Shown: positions 1 through 9,349, numbered from the stretch's first letter. The stretch is 64,000 nucleotides of DNA from an archaeon (GCA_028279805.1 JANQMZ010000007.1:214399-278398), one strand, 5' to 3'. Numbers and translations are program-made. Notes: generated by a model not told the origin, from the letters alone.

Positions 1-318
1 TTTTAATTTCTGAGAATTTGGGGAAGCAATCAGAAAGCCTATGCCATAATAAAACGCTTTTGCTGCAATTACATCACTTTTGTTCAGATTAATGCCAAAA
101 ATTTTTTTAAAAAATTTTTTCGGATTCAAAACTTTTGAAGAATATTTTGAAACAATTTTTGATTTTTGTTCAAAATTTCTAACCATTTTATCAAGCTGTT
201 CTTTTTCTTCGGGAACAACACAACATCTTTGGTTAACAACATGAAAAGCTTTTTTTGGATTTAAGCCTTGTTTGATTAATTCCTGAAAAACAGTTTCAGC
301 TTTTTCCAGTGAAAGCAT
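1..318 (-). CDS. hypothetical protein, N-terminal fragment (gene runs off the window start)
   Basis: ATG at 318..316 on minus strand; open frame to base 1 without stops (MLSLEKAETVFQELIKQGLNPKKAFHVVNQRCCVVPEEKEQLDKMV...). Absent from supplied track because truncated. Confidence 0.4.
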   Translation of the reverse strand, partial: MLSLEKAETVFQELIKQGLNPKKAFHVVNQRCCVVPEEKEQLDKMVRNFEQKSKIVSKYSSKVLNPKKFFKKIFGINLNKSDVIAAKAFYYGIGFLIASPNSQKLK

Positions 319-351
319 GTTCAATTAATGGTTTGAAAATATTTAAATCTT

Positions 352-1254
352 TTAGAAAAACAGATATAATGCTATAAATCCTGCTATGAACAAAAAATTG
401 TGAAAGTATACGGCTCGATAAAGAAATCCGATGTCCGCCTGGTGCGGCCTTCGCAAAGCATTCCAGTAAATTGGCAAAAAAAACAATGAAACAAAAGCCA
501 GCAAAGCAAACCTTGAAGGCAAAAAACCTATTACCTGTTCGTTTAATCTGAAAAGCTCGTTAAAGCTTAACAATGTAAAAGACAATGCGCCGATTATTAA
601 GGAAAAGTATGACAAAATTCTTATTTTCCTCTCACCAAAAACCGCAGCAGAACTTTTATAACCTAATTTTTGTTCATGTTGTTTGCTTGACAACCTGTAC
701 AAGGCATATCCTCCGAATTGCACTCCCAAAACAAACAACACAGCTAACAATGGAGCTGAAAAATTTGGAACAAATAATGTCCAGCCGGCATAAAACCTGA
801 AAAACGGATTAATCAAGGAACCTGAAATCAAATCAAAAGGAGCTTTTTTTTTCAGATTAAAAGGTTTTAAAGTGTAAAAAATCTGGTTAACAAGCATTGC
901 AGTTAAACAAATTAAAAAATAAAAATTTAAAGAAAAAGCAATAAGAAAAGAAAAAAGTATTAAAAAAATTGCAAAAATTAAAGCATGCCGTGGCAAAACT
1001 TTTCCTGAAGGAATTGGCCGAAATTTTTTAACCTTGTGCTTCAAATCAGCTTCCCAGTCAGTATAATCATTCAAAGTATACAGGCCGGACCATAATGCTG
1101 CAACAGCAATAAAACCATACAAAAACAAATTAAAATCAAGAGAAACAGGAATAACGTAAGAAGCAATGATTACAGCAATAATCATATTGCCAAAACTTTT
1201 AGTCCATTCAGCCGGACGCATTAAATGAATTAAACCGTTTAAAAAAGAAAGCAT
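352..1254 (-). CDS. UbiA-superfamily membrane prenyltransferase (archaeal lipid/quinone prenyltransferase-like)
   Basis: 300 aa, about 8 hydrophobic segments, Asp-rich motif LNDYTDWEAD (NDxxDxxxD) characteristic of UbiA family. Confidence 0.6.
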   Translation of the reverse strand: MLSFLNGLIHLMRPAEWTKSFGNMIIAVIIASYVIPVSLDFNLFLYGFIAVAALWSGLYTLNDYTDWEADLKHKVKKFRPIPSGKVLPRHALIFAIFLILFSFLIAFSLNFYFLICLTAMLVNQIFYTLKPFNLKKKAPFDLISGSLINPFFRFYAGWTLFVPNFSAPLLAVLFVLGVQFGGYALYRLSSKQHEQKLGYKSSAAVFGERKIRILSYFSLIIGALSFTLLSFNELFRLNEQVIGFLPSRFALLAFVSLFFLPIYWNALRRPHQADIGFLYRAVYFHNFLFIAGFIALYLFF

Positions 1255-1382
1255 AAGAAATAAAAGTGAAATTAAGCTTTTTTTAATGTTTTGGATAAAA
1301 AAACAAATCCAAAAAATGCCTCAATTTAATTCTTTTTAAATGAGAAACTTTTATAAAACTCAAAAAACAATGTTTTACTGAA

Positions 1383-1853
1383 ATGCCAAAAAAAATGCCA
1401 CATGAAACGCCTCGAGAAAAAGGCAACCAAAAACATTCGGGAAGACCCGGAGAGAGAAGTGCAAATGTTTCTGAGGAGTTAAAAAGAATAACCGGGGAAT
1501 TGGAAAACACAGATCCTTATGCCAGAGAAAAAGCCAAAGCCGACCTTATACACTTAAGAGGCCCGGAAGTTGCACAGGAACTAATAAGAGCATTAAATCA
1601 TCCTAATCCAGAGGTCAGAATTGAAATTGTCAGAAAACTTGGAGTTATGGAAGACCCGCAAACAGTAAACGCATTAGCAAGAATACTAGAAGAAGATTCT
1701 GATGTCAGAGTCAGAGCTGCAGCTATCGGAACACTTGGAAACATCGGAGGCCCTGAAGCAGTATCAGCGCTGGAAAAAGCACAAAATGATTCCAACCGCC
1801 AAATCAGGGAAGAAGCTGGCTGGACACTTGGACAAGCAAAAAGAAAACAATAA
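1383..1853 (+). CDS. HEAT/PBS-lyase-type repeat protein
   Basis: Tandem approx 30 aa repeats ...NPEVRIEIVRKLG...DSDVRVRAAAIGTLGNIGGPEAV...NRQIREEAGWTLGQ typical of HEAT_2/PBS lyase repeats. Confidence 0.55.
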   Translation: MPKKMPHETPREKGNQKHSGRPGERSANVSEELKRITGELENTDPYAREKAKADLIHLRGPEVAQELIRALNHPNPEVRIEIVRKLGVMEDPQTVNALARILEEDSDVRVRAAAIGTLGNIGGPEAVSALEKAQNDSNRQIREEAGWTLGQAKRKQ

Positions 1854-1877
1854 AAAAAATAAAAAATTTCGAGAAAG

Positions 1878-1886
1878 CTTTATAAA
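1878..1886 (+). promoter_or_regulatory. candidate rRNA operon promoter TATA box (ctttataaa); a second candidate aaaattaaat lies at 2056-2065
   Basis: Archaeal TATA consensus TTTAWATA-like sequences in the AT-rich leader upstream of the 16S processing stem. Confidence 0.25.
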
Positions 1887-2100
1887 CCTCGTTAAATACT
1901 ATTAGTAGGGGCTGAGGAAATAACTGAGAGACTTTTACCCTCTTTTCAATTGAAAAGAAAAAGGTGAAAATCTCATCTATTTACCCATTTTTAGCCAAAT
2001 TTTAGGTTTAAAGCTCCGCATCAAAAAAATAATTGAAAAATTTTTTCAGATGCATAAAATTAAATGAGCACTTTCGCTTTTGAAAGTGTGATGTATAACA

Positions 2101-2128
2101 CCTGTGAACATGGGAAATTCGTACAGCT
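2101..2128 (+). other. 16S rRNA processing stem, 5' strand (pairs with 3677-3704)
   Basis: cctgtgaacatgggaaattcgtacagct is reverse-complementary to agctgtacgaacccaaaaagttcacagg downstream of 16S; typical archaeal bulge-helix-bulge-type pre-rRNA stem. Confidence 0.7.
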
Positions 2129-2177
2129 AAGCTGAACAAATTAACCCATAAGTGCAAACAATTCTATTAGTACCCAA

Positions 2178-3663
2178 ATTCCAGCTGATCCTGCTGGCGA
2201 ACACTGCTATTGAGATTCGATTAAGACATGCAAGTCTGAGAAACAAAGTTATGGTTGTTTCTGGCGAACGGCTCAGTAACACGTGGGTAATCTGCCCTTG
2301 GAAAGAATTAAACCCGGGAAACTGGGCATAATGTTCTATAGGCAAAATATTCTGGAATGATTTTTTGCTAAAAGGTTGTAACACCATGCTGTTACAATGT
2401 CCAAGGATGAGCCTGCGGTGGACTAGGTTGTTGGCGGGGTAACTGCCCACCAAGCCTTTGATCCATACGGGCCTTGAAAGAGGTGGCCCGGAGAAGGGAA
2501 CTGAGATACGGTCCCTAGCCCCACGGGGTGCAGCAGTCGCGAAACCTTTACAATGCACGAAAGTGTGATAAGGGAATCTCAAGTGCTACTTTTTGTGGCT
2601 TTTGCCAACTTTAAAAAGGTTGGCGAATAAGTGGAGGGCAAGATACGTGCCAGCCGCCGCGGTAACACGTACTCCGCAAGTGGTGTTCACTAATATTGGG
2701 CCTAAAACGCCTGTAGCCTGTTCAAAAAGTTTTTGGTGAAATCGGCAAGCTCAACTTGTCGAAGTGCCAAAAATACTGTTGAACTCGAGACCGGGAGGTG
2801 TGAGAGGAATTTTCGGAGTAGCGGTGAAATGTTATGATCCCGAAAGGACCACCAGTAGCGAAGGCGTCTCACAAGAACGGTTCTGACGGTGAGAGACGAA
2901 AGCTGGGGGAGCGACCCGGATTAGATACCCGGTTAGTCCCAGCCGTAAACGATGTGGATTAGGTGTTCTGACACTGTAAAGTGCTGGAGCGCCACAGCGA
3001 AGGCGTTAAATCCACTGCCTGGGGAGTAAGGTCGCAAGGCCGAAACTTAATGGAATTGGCGGGGGCGCACTACAAGGGGTGGATGCTGCGGTTTAATTGG
3101 ATTCAACGCCAGACAACTCACCAGGGTTGACAGCACAATGATGGACAGTCTGAAGGGCTTTCCTGAGGCGCTGAGAGGTGTTGCATGGCCATCGTCAGCT
3201 CGTACTATGAAGCGTCCTGTTAACTCAGGCAACGAGCGAGACCCACGCCACTAGTTGCTATTCACCTATTAGGTGGAGCACTCTAGTGGGACTGCTTGCG
3301 TAAGTGAGAGGAAGGAGTGGGCCACGGTAGGTCTGTATGGCCCGAATGCCCTGGGCTACACGCGGCATACAATGGTTAAGACAATGAGTTTCGAGTCCGA
3401 AAGGACAAGGTAATCCCCTAAACTTAACCTCAGTCCGGATTGAGGGTTGCAACTCACCCTCATGAAGCTGGAATCCCCAGTAATCGCGTGTCATTATCGC
3501 GCGGTGAATAAGTCCCTGCGCCTTGCACACACTGCCCATCAAGCCAGCTGAATAGGGTTTGGATGAGCTGTTTTCATCTGAGGATATCAATTCCATGTCC
3601 TGTAAGGCGGGCTAAGTTGTAACAAGGTGTCCGTAGGGGAACCTGCGGACGGATCACCTCCTT
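2178..3663 (+). rRNA. rrs: 16S ribosomal RNA (archaeal)
   Basis: 5' end ATTCCAGCTGATCCTGCTGG, internal GTGCCAGCCGCCGCGGTAA, 3' end GGATCACCTCCT; approx 1485 nt; ends +-5 nt. Confidence 0.9.
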
Positions 3664-3676
3664 AATTTATCAGCAA

Positions 3677-3704
3677 AGCTGTACGAACCCAAAAAGTTCA
3701 CAGG
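3677..3704 (+). other. 16S rRNA processing stem, 3' strand
   Basis: Complement of 2101-2128. Confidence 0.7.
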
Positions 3705-3771
3705 TAAAAATGGCTGAATATGAGTATTTAAAACATTTAAATGTTTTCAATCAAAAAGTTCTATAGTGTTT

Positions 3772-3802
3772 TATGTGCTATCTTTAGATAGCACCTGAAG
3801 CG
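3772..3802 (+). promoter_or_regulatory. conserved palindromic TATA-containing element upstream of tRNA-Ala (tatgtgctatctttagatagcacctgaagcg)
   Basis: Near-identical 31-nt copy at 36569-36599 upstream of tRNA-Ser(GGA); TATA-like tttagata 42 nt from tRNA 5' end; stem gtgctatct/agatagcac. Confidence 0.45.
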
Positions 3803-3824
3803 GAGTGTCCGTACGCAATCGGAC

Positions 3825-3897
3825 GGGCTCATAGCTCAGCTGGTAGAGCGCCGCCTTTGCAAGGCGGAGGCCACGGGTTCGATCCCCGTTGAGTCCA
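3825..3897 (+). tRNA. tRNA-Ala (anticodon TGC) in 16S-23S spacer
   Basis: GGGCTCATAGCTCAGCTGGTAGAGCGCCGCCTTTGCAAGGCGGAGGCCACGGGTTCGATCCCCGTTGAGTCCA; cloverleaf folds, G3:U70 Ala identity pair, T-loop TTCGATC, no encoded CCA. Confidence 0.9.
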
Positions 3898-4139
3898 TGC
3901 CCGATGTTTCGGGCGGGAACGTGTCATTTGCAATGACACTGGCACTTTGCGGAGTGCAAATTAGACTTAAATCCATTTTTTGGATTTATTGTTCCGTTTG
4001 GAACTGCGGGTCTGTCGCTTTTGACGGACTTAAGTAATTGACGTATGTTTTTTTCAAAACAAGGTTTTGAAATTGTCACTGAAAGTGATATGTAAAGTGC
4101 GCTTGTAAAATAGCGCCGCAAAGCACAGCGTCGGTTTTG

Positions 4140-4193
4140 CATTGGTAGGCAAATTGGTCTATTAATTAGTCATTAATTCAGCGAGTACAAGAG
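4140..4193 (+). other. 23S rRNA processing stem, 5' strand (pairs with approx 7154-7215)
   Basis: gcattggtaggcaaattggtctat...gtacaagag complementary to ctcttgtac...ggtagaccaagcctacaaccaatgc after 23S. Confidence 0.6.
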
Positions 4194-7162
4194 TTAATAC
4201 TAAGCCAGCTAGCGAATAACTTGGCTCAACCACCGATGACAGGCGTGGCAAGCTGCGATAAGCCATGGCGAGACGCATGCAGTCTTTGAACCATGGATTC
4301 CTTAATTATTCCGAAAGGAAGGGTAATGCGGTGAATTGAAGCATCTTAGTAACCGCAAGAAAAGAAATCGAATGAGATACCGTTATTATCAGCGAGAGAA
4401 AACGGTTCAGGTCAAACCGAATCCTTCATTGCAAAATGTTGGAAATGTGGTGTGAGCAGTTTACATCCAAATTTATTAGAAGAAGTTTTCTGGAACGTAA
4501 TGCCATAGAGGGTGAAAGCCCCGTATTTAAAATTTTGGAGGATGATTTTCTGTTTCAAGAGTAGCGTGCATTGGATATTGTGCGCAAACATGGGCATCTT
4601 TAATGCCTAAACCTAAAAATGTGTTGAGTCCGATAGTGAACTAGTACTGTGAAGGAAAGTTGAAAAGCATCCCTGACGGGAGTTTAAAAGCGTTTGAAAC
4701 TAGTTGGTGATTGGCTGATGCAGCGTGAAAGAAACGATTCTCTTAAAAGAAACTTTTTGAAAAATTGGAATCGATAAGAGATGATCAGCGTTGCATCGTT
4801 CGTCTTGAAACACGAGCGAGGGAGTTTGTTGTTGTGGCGAGATTAATTTCATTATGAAAGAAATCATAGCGAAAGCGAATAGTTCGCAGCTTCGGTGAGG
4901 AACAAAGTATGTTCTGCTTTTAGTCACTGCAACAAGACCTGAAAACAGGTGATCTATTCTTGGGCAAGATGAAGCCCTCCTTCCGGGGGGTGGAGGTCTG
5001 AACAGTAGCTAGTCTATCTGCACTGATGATCTGAGAATAGGCGTAATATGCGACTCGAACCTGTCGATAGCAGGCTCCTCTTAAAGTAGCTCTCAGGCTA
5101 GCCTGGTTGGAGAAGCCATATGGTGTAGAGATACTGATTAAAAAGTACTGGGGCGAGAGCCCTAGCTTTTTTGTCAAACTCCAAAGTCATATGGTTTGTA
5201 GAAAACCGGAGTAGGAGCATTCGGGTAAGCCGAATGTTCTTGAGGGGAACAACCCAGTCGTAGGTTAAGGCCCATAAACACCAGTTAAGTGTTAAACCGA
5301 AGGGTGTTCTTATGCTAAAACAGTAGGGAGGTTGGCTTAGAAGCAGCCATCCTTTAAAGAATGCGTAACAGCTCACCTACCTAGGATGAGAGCCCCAAAA
5401 ATAATCCGGGCTAAACTGGTTGCCGATACCTACGGGCACTCATTTTTTGAGTGGTTCAATAAAGAGGTATTCTGATGGAGTTAAAGCAAGGCAGTAATGT
5501 CTTGTGAATCTTTCAGAAAAATGGATCCTCGTGCTAGTATTAACTATTGAGCGGTGAGAATCCGCTCCCCCGAAAGGACAAGGGTTCCTTAGCGCTTATT
5601 ATAAGCTAAGGGTCAGTCGGCCCTAAGCATGTTCATAACTTGAAACATGCAAAAGGGAAACAGGTTCATATTCCTGTACTATTCAAATACGCTTTCGGCA
5701 ACGAATGGCTATTTTTTGACGCTTTGAGCTAGGAAAGTTTTCTTGTCTGAAAACTTAACAAGCATAGTTCTTTGGAGAACTGTCATTGTGAGAAAAAGAA
5801 TAAAGCTTGGAATAGCCGCAAGGTTTTTCCGATGCTCATAGCCCTTGAAAAGAAAAATAGCAAGAATTTTGAATAACCGTACCGAGAACCGAGAAAGGTG
5901 TCCTGGCTTAGGAAGCCAAGGGGTATCAGGATAACAACGTTGAGGGAATTCGGCAAATTAGCCCTGTATCTTTGGTATAAGGGGTGCCTGTTTTGAAGAA
6001 AGCAGGTTTCAATAGCAAAGGGAGTCCGACTGTTTACTAAAAACACAGGTCCCTGCAAGTCTGTAAAGATGTGTATAGGGGCTGACTTCTGCTCACTGCC
6101 AGTACGTGAAACTCCGGTTCAATGGAATTAAGCGCTGGTAAAGAGCGGGCCTAACTCTGAGGCTCTTATGGTAGCGTAATACCTTGCCGGTTTATTGCCG
6201 GCTTGCACCAACGAAGTAACGAGATTCCCACTGTCCCCAACATTGGCCTGATGAACTCGCTGCCCGGTGAACATGCCGGGGACTTCCAACGGGAAGAGAA
6301 GACCCCACGGAGGTTTACTACAGTCTGATGCTGTGATATAATTTTTGGAGTACAGTGTAGATGGGAGTAATCGAAATAATTTCGCTAGGAATTATGGATA
6401 CATCAATGGAACACCATCCTTCAAAAATTGTACCGCTTACTCGTAAGAGGACACCATCAGGTGGGTAGTTGGACTGGGGCGGTACGCCCCTGAAACAGTA
6501 TCAGGGGCGCCCAAAGGTCTGCTCAGACGAGTCGGGAATTCGTCGTAGAGTGCAAGAGCAAAAGCAGGCTTGACCTTGTTTCACAAAGCAAGAAACGAGG
6601 ATTCGAAAGAACGGTCTAGCGAACGACAGTGTGCCTTTTAAAGGGGCCCTGTTCTGACAGTGAACTTACCCTGGGGGTAATTGTGTTGTCGTGGGTAAGA
6701 GTACACATCGACCCCACGGTTTGCTGCTTCGCCGTCGTCTCATGGCATCCTGGGCGTGCATAAGCGCCCAAGGGTGGAGGTGTTAACTCATTAAAGCCGT
6801 ACGTTAGTTGGGTTGAGAACGGTGCGAGCCAGTTTTGATCCTATCTGTTGGAAGTGCAAGGTGACTGAGGGGAAGCTCCAATCAGTACGAGAGGAACGTT
6901 GGGTCGCAGCCACTGGTTTACCAGTTGTTTGACAAAGCATTGCTGGGTAGCTACGCTGTAACTGATAAGGGCTGAAAGCATCTAAGCTCGAAGCAGTCCC
7001 TGAAAAGAGTCACCTATGACTGAATATGTTTTTTCTGCGGAAAAAATATCTAAGTCCGAGAGTTCCCGTAAAAGACGGGTTTGATAGGCTGGAAGTGTAA
7101 GCTAAAAGCTTCGGCGATTAGTTAAGCTCACCAGTACTAAACACTTGAGTTGACTCTTGTAC
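4191..7162 (+). rRNA. rrl: 23S ribosomal RNA (archaeal)
   Basis: 5' region ...ggcaagctgcgataagccatggcgagacgc; 3' region ...ggctgaaagcatctaagctcgaag...ccagtactaaacacttgagttgactc; approx 2970 nt; ends approximate (+-15 nt). Confidence 0.85.
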
Positions 7163-7215
7163 AAAGAACAGTGAGTTTGTGGCAAATTGGTAGACCAAGC
7201 CTACAACCAATGCAT
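7154..7215 (+). other. 23S rRNA processing stem, 3' strand
   Basis: Complement of 4140-4193. Confidence 0.6.
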
Positions 7216-7217
7216 GT

Positions 7218-7232
7218 TTTTTATTTTTTTTG
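7218..7232 (+). terminator. oligo-T tract (ttttttattttttt) after rRNA operon
   Basis: Archaeal intrinsic terminators are T-runs; no 5S gene follows. Confidence 0.5.
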
Positions 7233-7772
7233 AATAATGTTGATTGCATGAGCAGATTAAGAGAATTAAAAAAAGCGAAAAATGAAACCAAAAACAATTC
7301 AATGATTTGGCTGGTTGCCGGAATTGTTGTATTGCTTGGAATTGGAAGTGCTTTGTTTTTATTTAGTGGATCATCCAATTCCGGAAATTCTTCAGAATTG
7401 AATACTGCCGGTTTAAGTTTTCCTTTGGTTAATGTTCACTGGCATGCCACTCCTATTGTAAATGTTTGCGGTGAAAACAAGCCAATTCCTGTTGCGCCTG
7501 TTACTGACCATTTGTTGCACACTCATGAGGACAGATTAATTCATATTGAAGGCACTGTTAACAGCCCTGAACAAATTACTTTAGGCCGGTTTTTCGGTTT
7601 GGTTGGAGTTAAATTTTCTTCAACTCAGTTGTTGGATAAAACAAATGGCGATGTTTGTGAGAACACTGGACAGCCTGGAAAAGTTTCAATGACTGTTAAT
7701 GGTGTTCCAAGTGAAGAGTTTGAAAACCATGTTGTAAGGCATGGTGAAACAATTATAGTAAGTTTTGATTAA
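7230..7772 (+). CDS. hypothetical exported/membrane protein (start uncertain; may be at Met 7248 or later)
   Basis: 180 aa ORF; N-terminal hydrophobic helix IWLVAGIVVLLGIGSALFLF then Ser/Asn-rich linker; annotated start lies inside the rRNA terminator T-run. Confidence 0.45.
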   Translation: MNNVDCMSRLRELKKAKNETKNNSMIWLVAGIVVLLGIGSALFLFSGSSNSGNSSELNTAGLSFPLVNVHWHATPIVNVCGENKPIPVAPVTDHLLHTHEDRLIHIEGTVNSPEQITLGRFFGLVGVKFSSTQLLDKTNGDVCENTGQPGKVSMTVNGVPSEEFENHVVRHGETIIVSFD

Positions 7773-7810
7773 TCAATAAGCTTTTTATACTCTCAATGAG
7801 CAATTATAAT

Positions 7811-8133
7811 GTAAGGTAGTGAAAGGGCAGTTAAGGAATTCTCTGAATTCTTAGGAAAGTCCACCCACTCGTTAAAAATCTCGCAAGAGAAATTCTCGAA
7901 AGGGAGTCCATTGGAACAGAAACGAACTCAGGCAAACTTTGACAATGATAAAAAATTGAGTTGTTTGTTTTTGGGATGAAACGGCTGATGGTTTGAGTGC
8001 AAGTCATTGAGACGCTTAGACGAATGCTGCCAAGATGTGCTTTGTCAAAAAAGCAGGAATCAACAACAGAATGATTCTCGGTTTTTGAAACCGTATCCTA
8101 ACAGAAGGTGGCTTACTCTTCACTGCCTTACAT
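7811..8133 (+). ncRNA. rnpB: RNase P RNA (archaeal type)
   Basis: ORF-free 400 bp gap; CR-I motif AGGAAAGTCC at 7851-7860; CR-V motif ACAGAAGGTGGCTTAC at 8101-8116 with P4 covariation (GTCCACC/GGTGGC); terminal P1 pairing gtaaggtagtgaa / ttcactgccttac; upstream TATA ctttttatac approx 25 nt before 5' end; followed by T-run. Confidence 0.75.
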
Positions 8134-8147
8134 TTTTTTGCTTTTTA
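8134..8147 (+). terminator. T-run (atttttttgcttttt) after RNase P RNA
   Basis: oligo-T immediately 3' of predicted P1 helix. Confidence 0.4.
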
Positions 8148-8181
8148 AATGCGATAGGAATATATATGTGAAAAAGCAATA

Positions 8182-9078
8182 TTGTTTTCTATGGCTAGTG
8201 GAAGTTTTAAAAGAGGTGCTGCGATTCTTTCTCTCGTTGGCGCTTTGGCTGCATCTCCAGTGGTGGAAAGAACCGCTGTCAGGATGAATGCTCCGGCAAT
8301 AAGAAAACAGGTTGATGTAACGCTTAAGAGGTCTGGTGAAAGAGCTGGTGTTAGATCATTTCAAAAGCGTGCTTCAGAAATGACTCAGTATGTTAAAAGA
8401 AGCAATCAGGCTCATAGACAAGGTAATGCCGGGCAAGCAGCCCAGTTTAGAAATCTGGCAGAAAAAAGAGCAGTCGAACTTTATGCTGATTCTGGATTTA
8501 TTTTGAGAAAAAATCCAAGACTAAGAGATAGAATTATGGCAGATCCAGAAGGTTTTCCTTCTTCTACTTCTTCCACAAAGCGATCTGAACCAAAAAGCAA
8601 GCCGTATGATCCATTTTGGATGTTTGGCGGGGGAGTTATTGGTTTTCTTGTATTTTATTTTTTCTTTATTGACGGAGATAATGGATATTCAAGTACGCGA
8701 GAATTAAGAGAAGAGACAGAAGAATTAAAAGAAAGAGAAAAAACTTCTTCTTCTGAACCGCCTCAGCCAGATCCTTTTGAAGAGGTGGTTAAAGAAACTA
8801 AATCTGAATTAGAACAAGTGGAAAAAGCACTTGGTGAACATTATGTTTCTGCTTCGGGTTTGGAAAGATCTGAATTGAAAGCACTTTCTGAAAAAAAGGA
8901 AAGGCTTGAAGCCCGACTGCAATCATTAAGGGATGCTCAAAAAGTTGTCCAACAAGGGGGAAACCTTAAACAATTAATTACAGCTTTAGCTGAAAAAGGT
9001 GCAAGAAAAATGAAACATGAAGCTAGGGAAGCTCCAGGAGCGCCTAAAAGACAACCTAGAAGAAGACCGGGAAGATGA
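8182..9078 (+). CDS. hypothetical protein: basic Arg/Ala-rich N-domain, one TM helix, Glu/Lys coiled-coil C-domain
   Basis: 298 aa ORF; WMFGGGVIGFLVFYFFFI TM; noticeably higher GC (approx 42%) than surrounding genes; no recognisable family. Confidence 0.5.
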   Translation: MFSMASGSFKRGAAILSLVGALAASPVVERTAVRMNAPAIRKQVDVTLKRSGERAGVRSFQKRASEMTQYVKRSNQAHRQGNAGQAAQFRNLAEKRAVELYADSGFILRKNPRLRDRIMADPEGFPSSTSSTKRSEPKSKPYDPFWMFGGGVIGFLVFYFFFIDGDNGYSSTRELREETEELKEREKTSSSEPPQPDPFEEVVKETKSELEQVEKALGEHYVSASGLERSELKALSEKKERLEARLQSLRDAQKVVQQGGNLKQLITALAEKGARKMKHEAREAPGAPKRQPRRRPGR

Positions 9079-9112
9079 CATTTTTAATCTTTTGTTTCTT
9101 TTTCTTTTTGTT

Positions 9113-9349
9113 ATGGTTAAAAGAAATGATTTGATTGCAGTTGCTTTTGTTGCATTGGTTTTGGCTGCGGTTGGTTATTTGTGGATGACTGATGGTTCTC
9201 AGCCAAAGCATGATTCTCATGGTTCTGATCACGGGCACGGAGAAGAACATGATGATGAGCACGGAACTCATGCTGATGATTCTCATGAGAATGAAACTGC
9301 TCATGCTCAAAGTTTTTTTGAATTAAAACGCTTTAATCATGCTTTTTAA
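9113..9349 (+). CDS. small membrane protein with His/Asp-rich tail (metal-binding candidate)
   Basis: Start taken at internal Met (MVKRNDLIAVAFVALVLAAVGYLW...) to avoid overlap with upstream ORF; tail HDSHGSDHGHGEEHDDEHGTHADDSHENETAH. Confidence 0.4.
   Translation: MVKRNDLIAVAFVALVLAAVGYLWMTDGSQPKHDSHGSDHGHGEEHDDEHGTHADDSHENETAHAQSFFELKRFNHAF

Noticed and set aside
7163-7232. Possible 5S rRNA downstream of 23S
   Set aside because: Only about 60 nt precede the T-run and they pair with the 23S 5' flank as a processing stem, so there is no room for a 120-nt 5S.
2127-7378. Track ORFs lying inside the rRNA operon (2127-2582, 3047-3232, 3258-3596, 3924-4142, 4412-6058, 7118-7378)
   Set aside because: They overlap 16S/23S/tRNA sequence with clear rRNA signatures, so they are translation artefacts.
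9017-9112. Upstream start (MKLGKLQERL...) of the His-rich small protein
   Set aside because: It overlaps the 3' end of the preceding ORF in another frame; an internal Met followed by a TM helix is the more plausible start.
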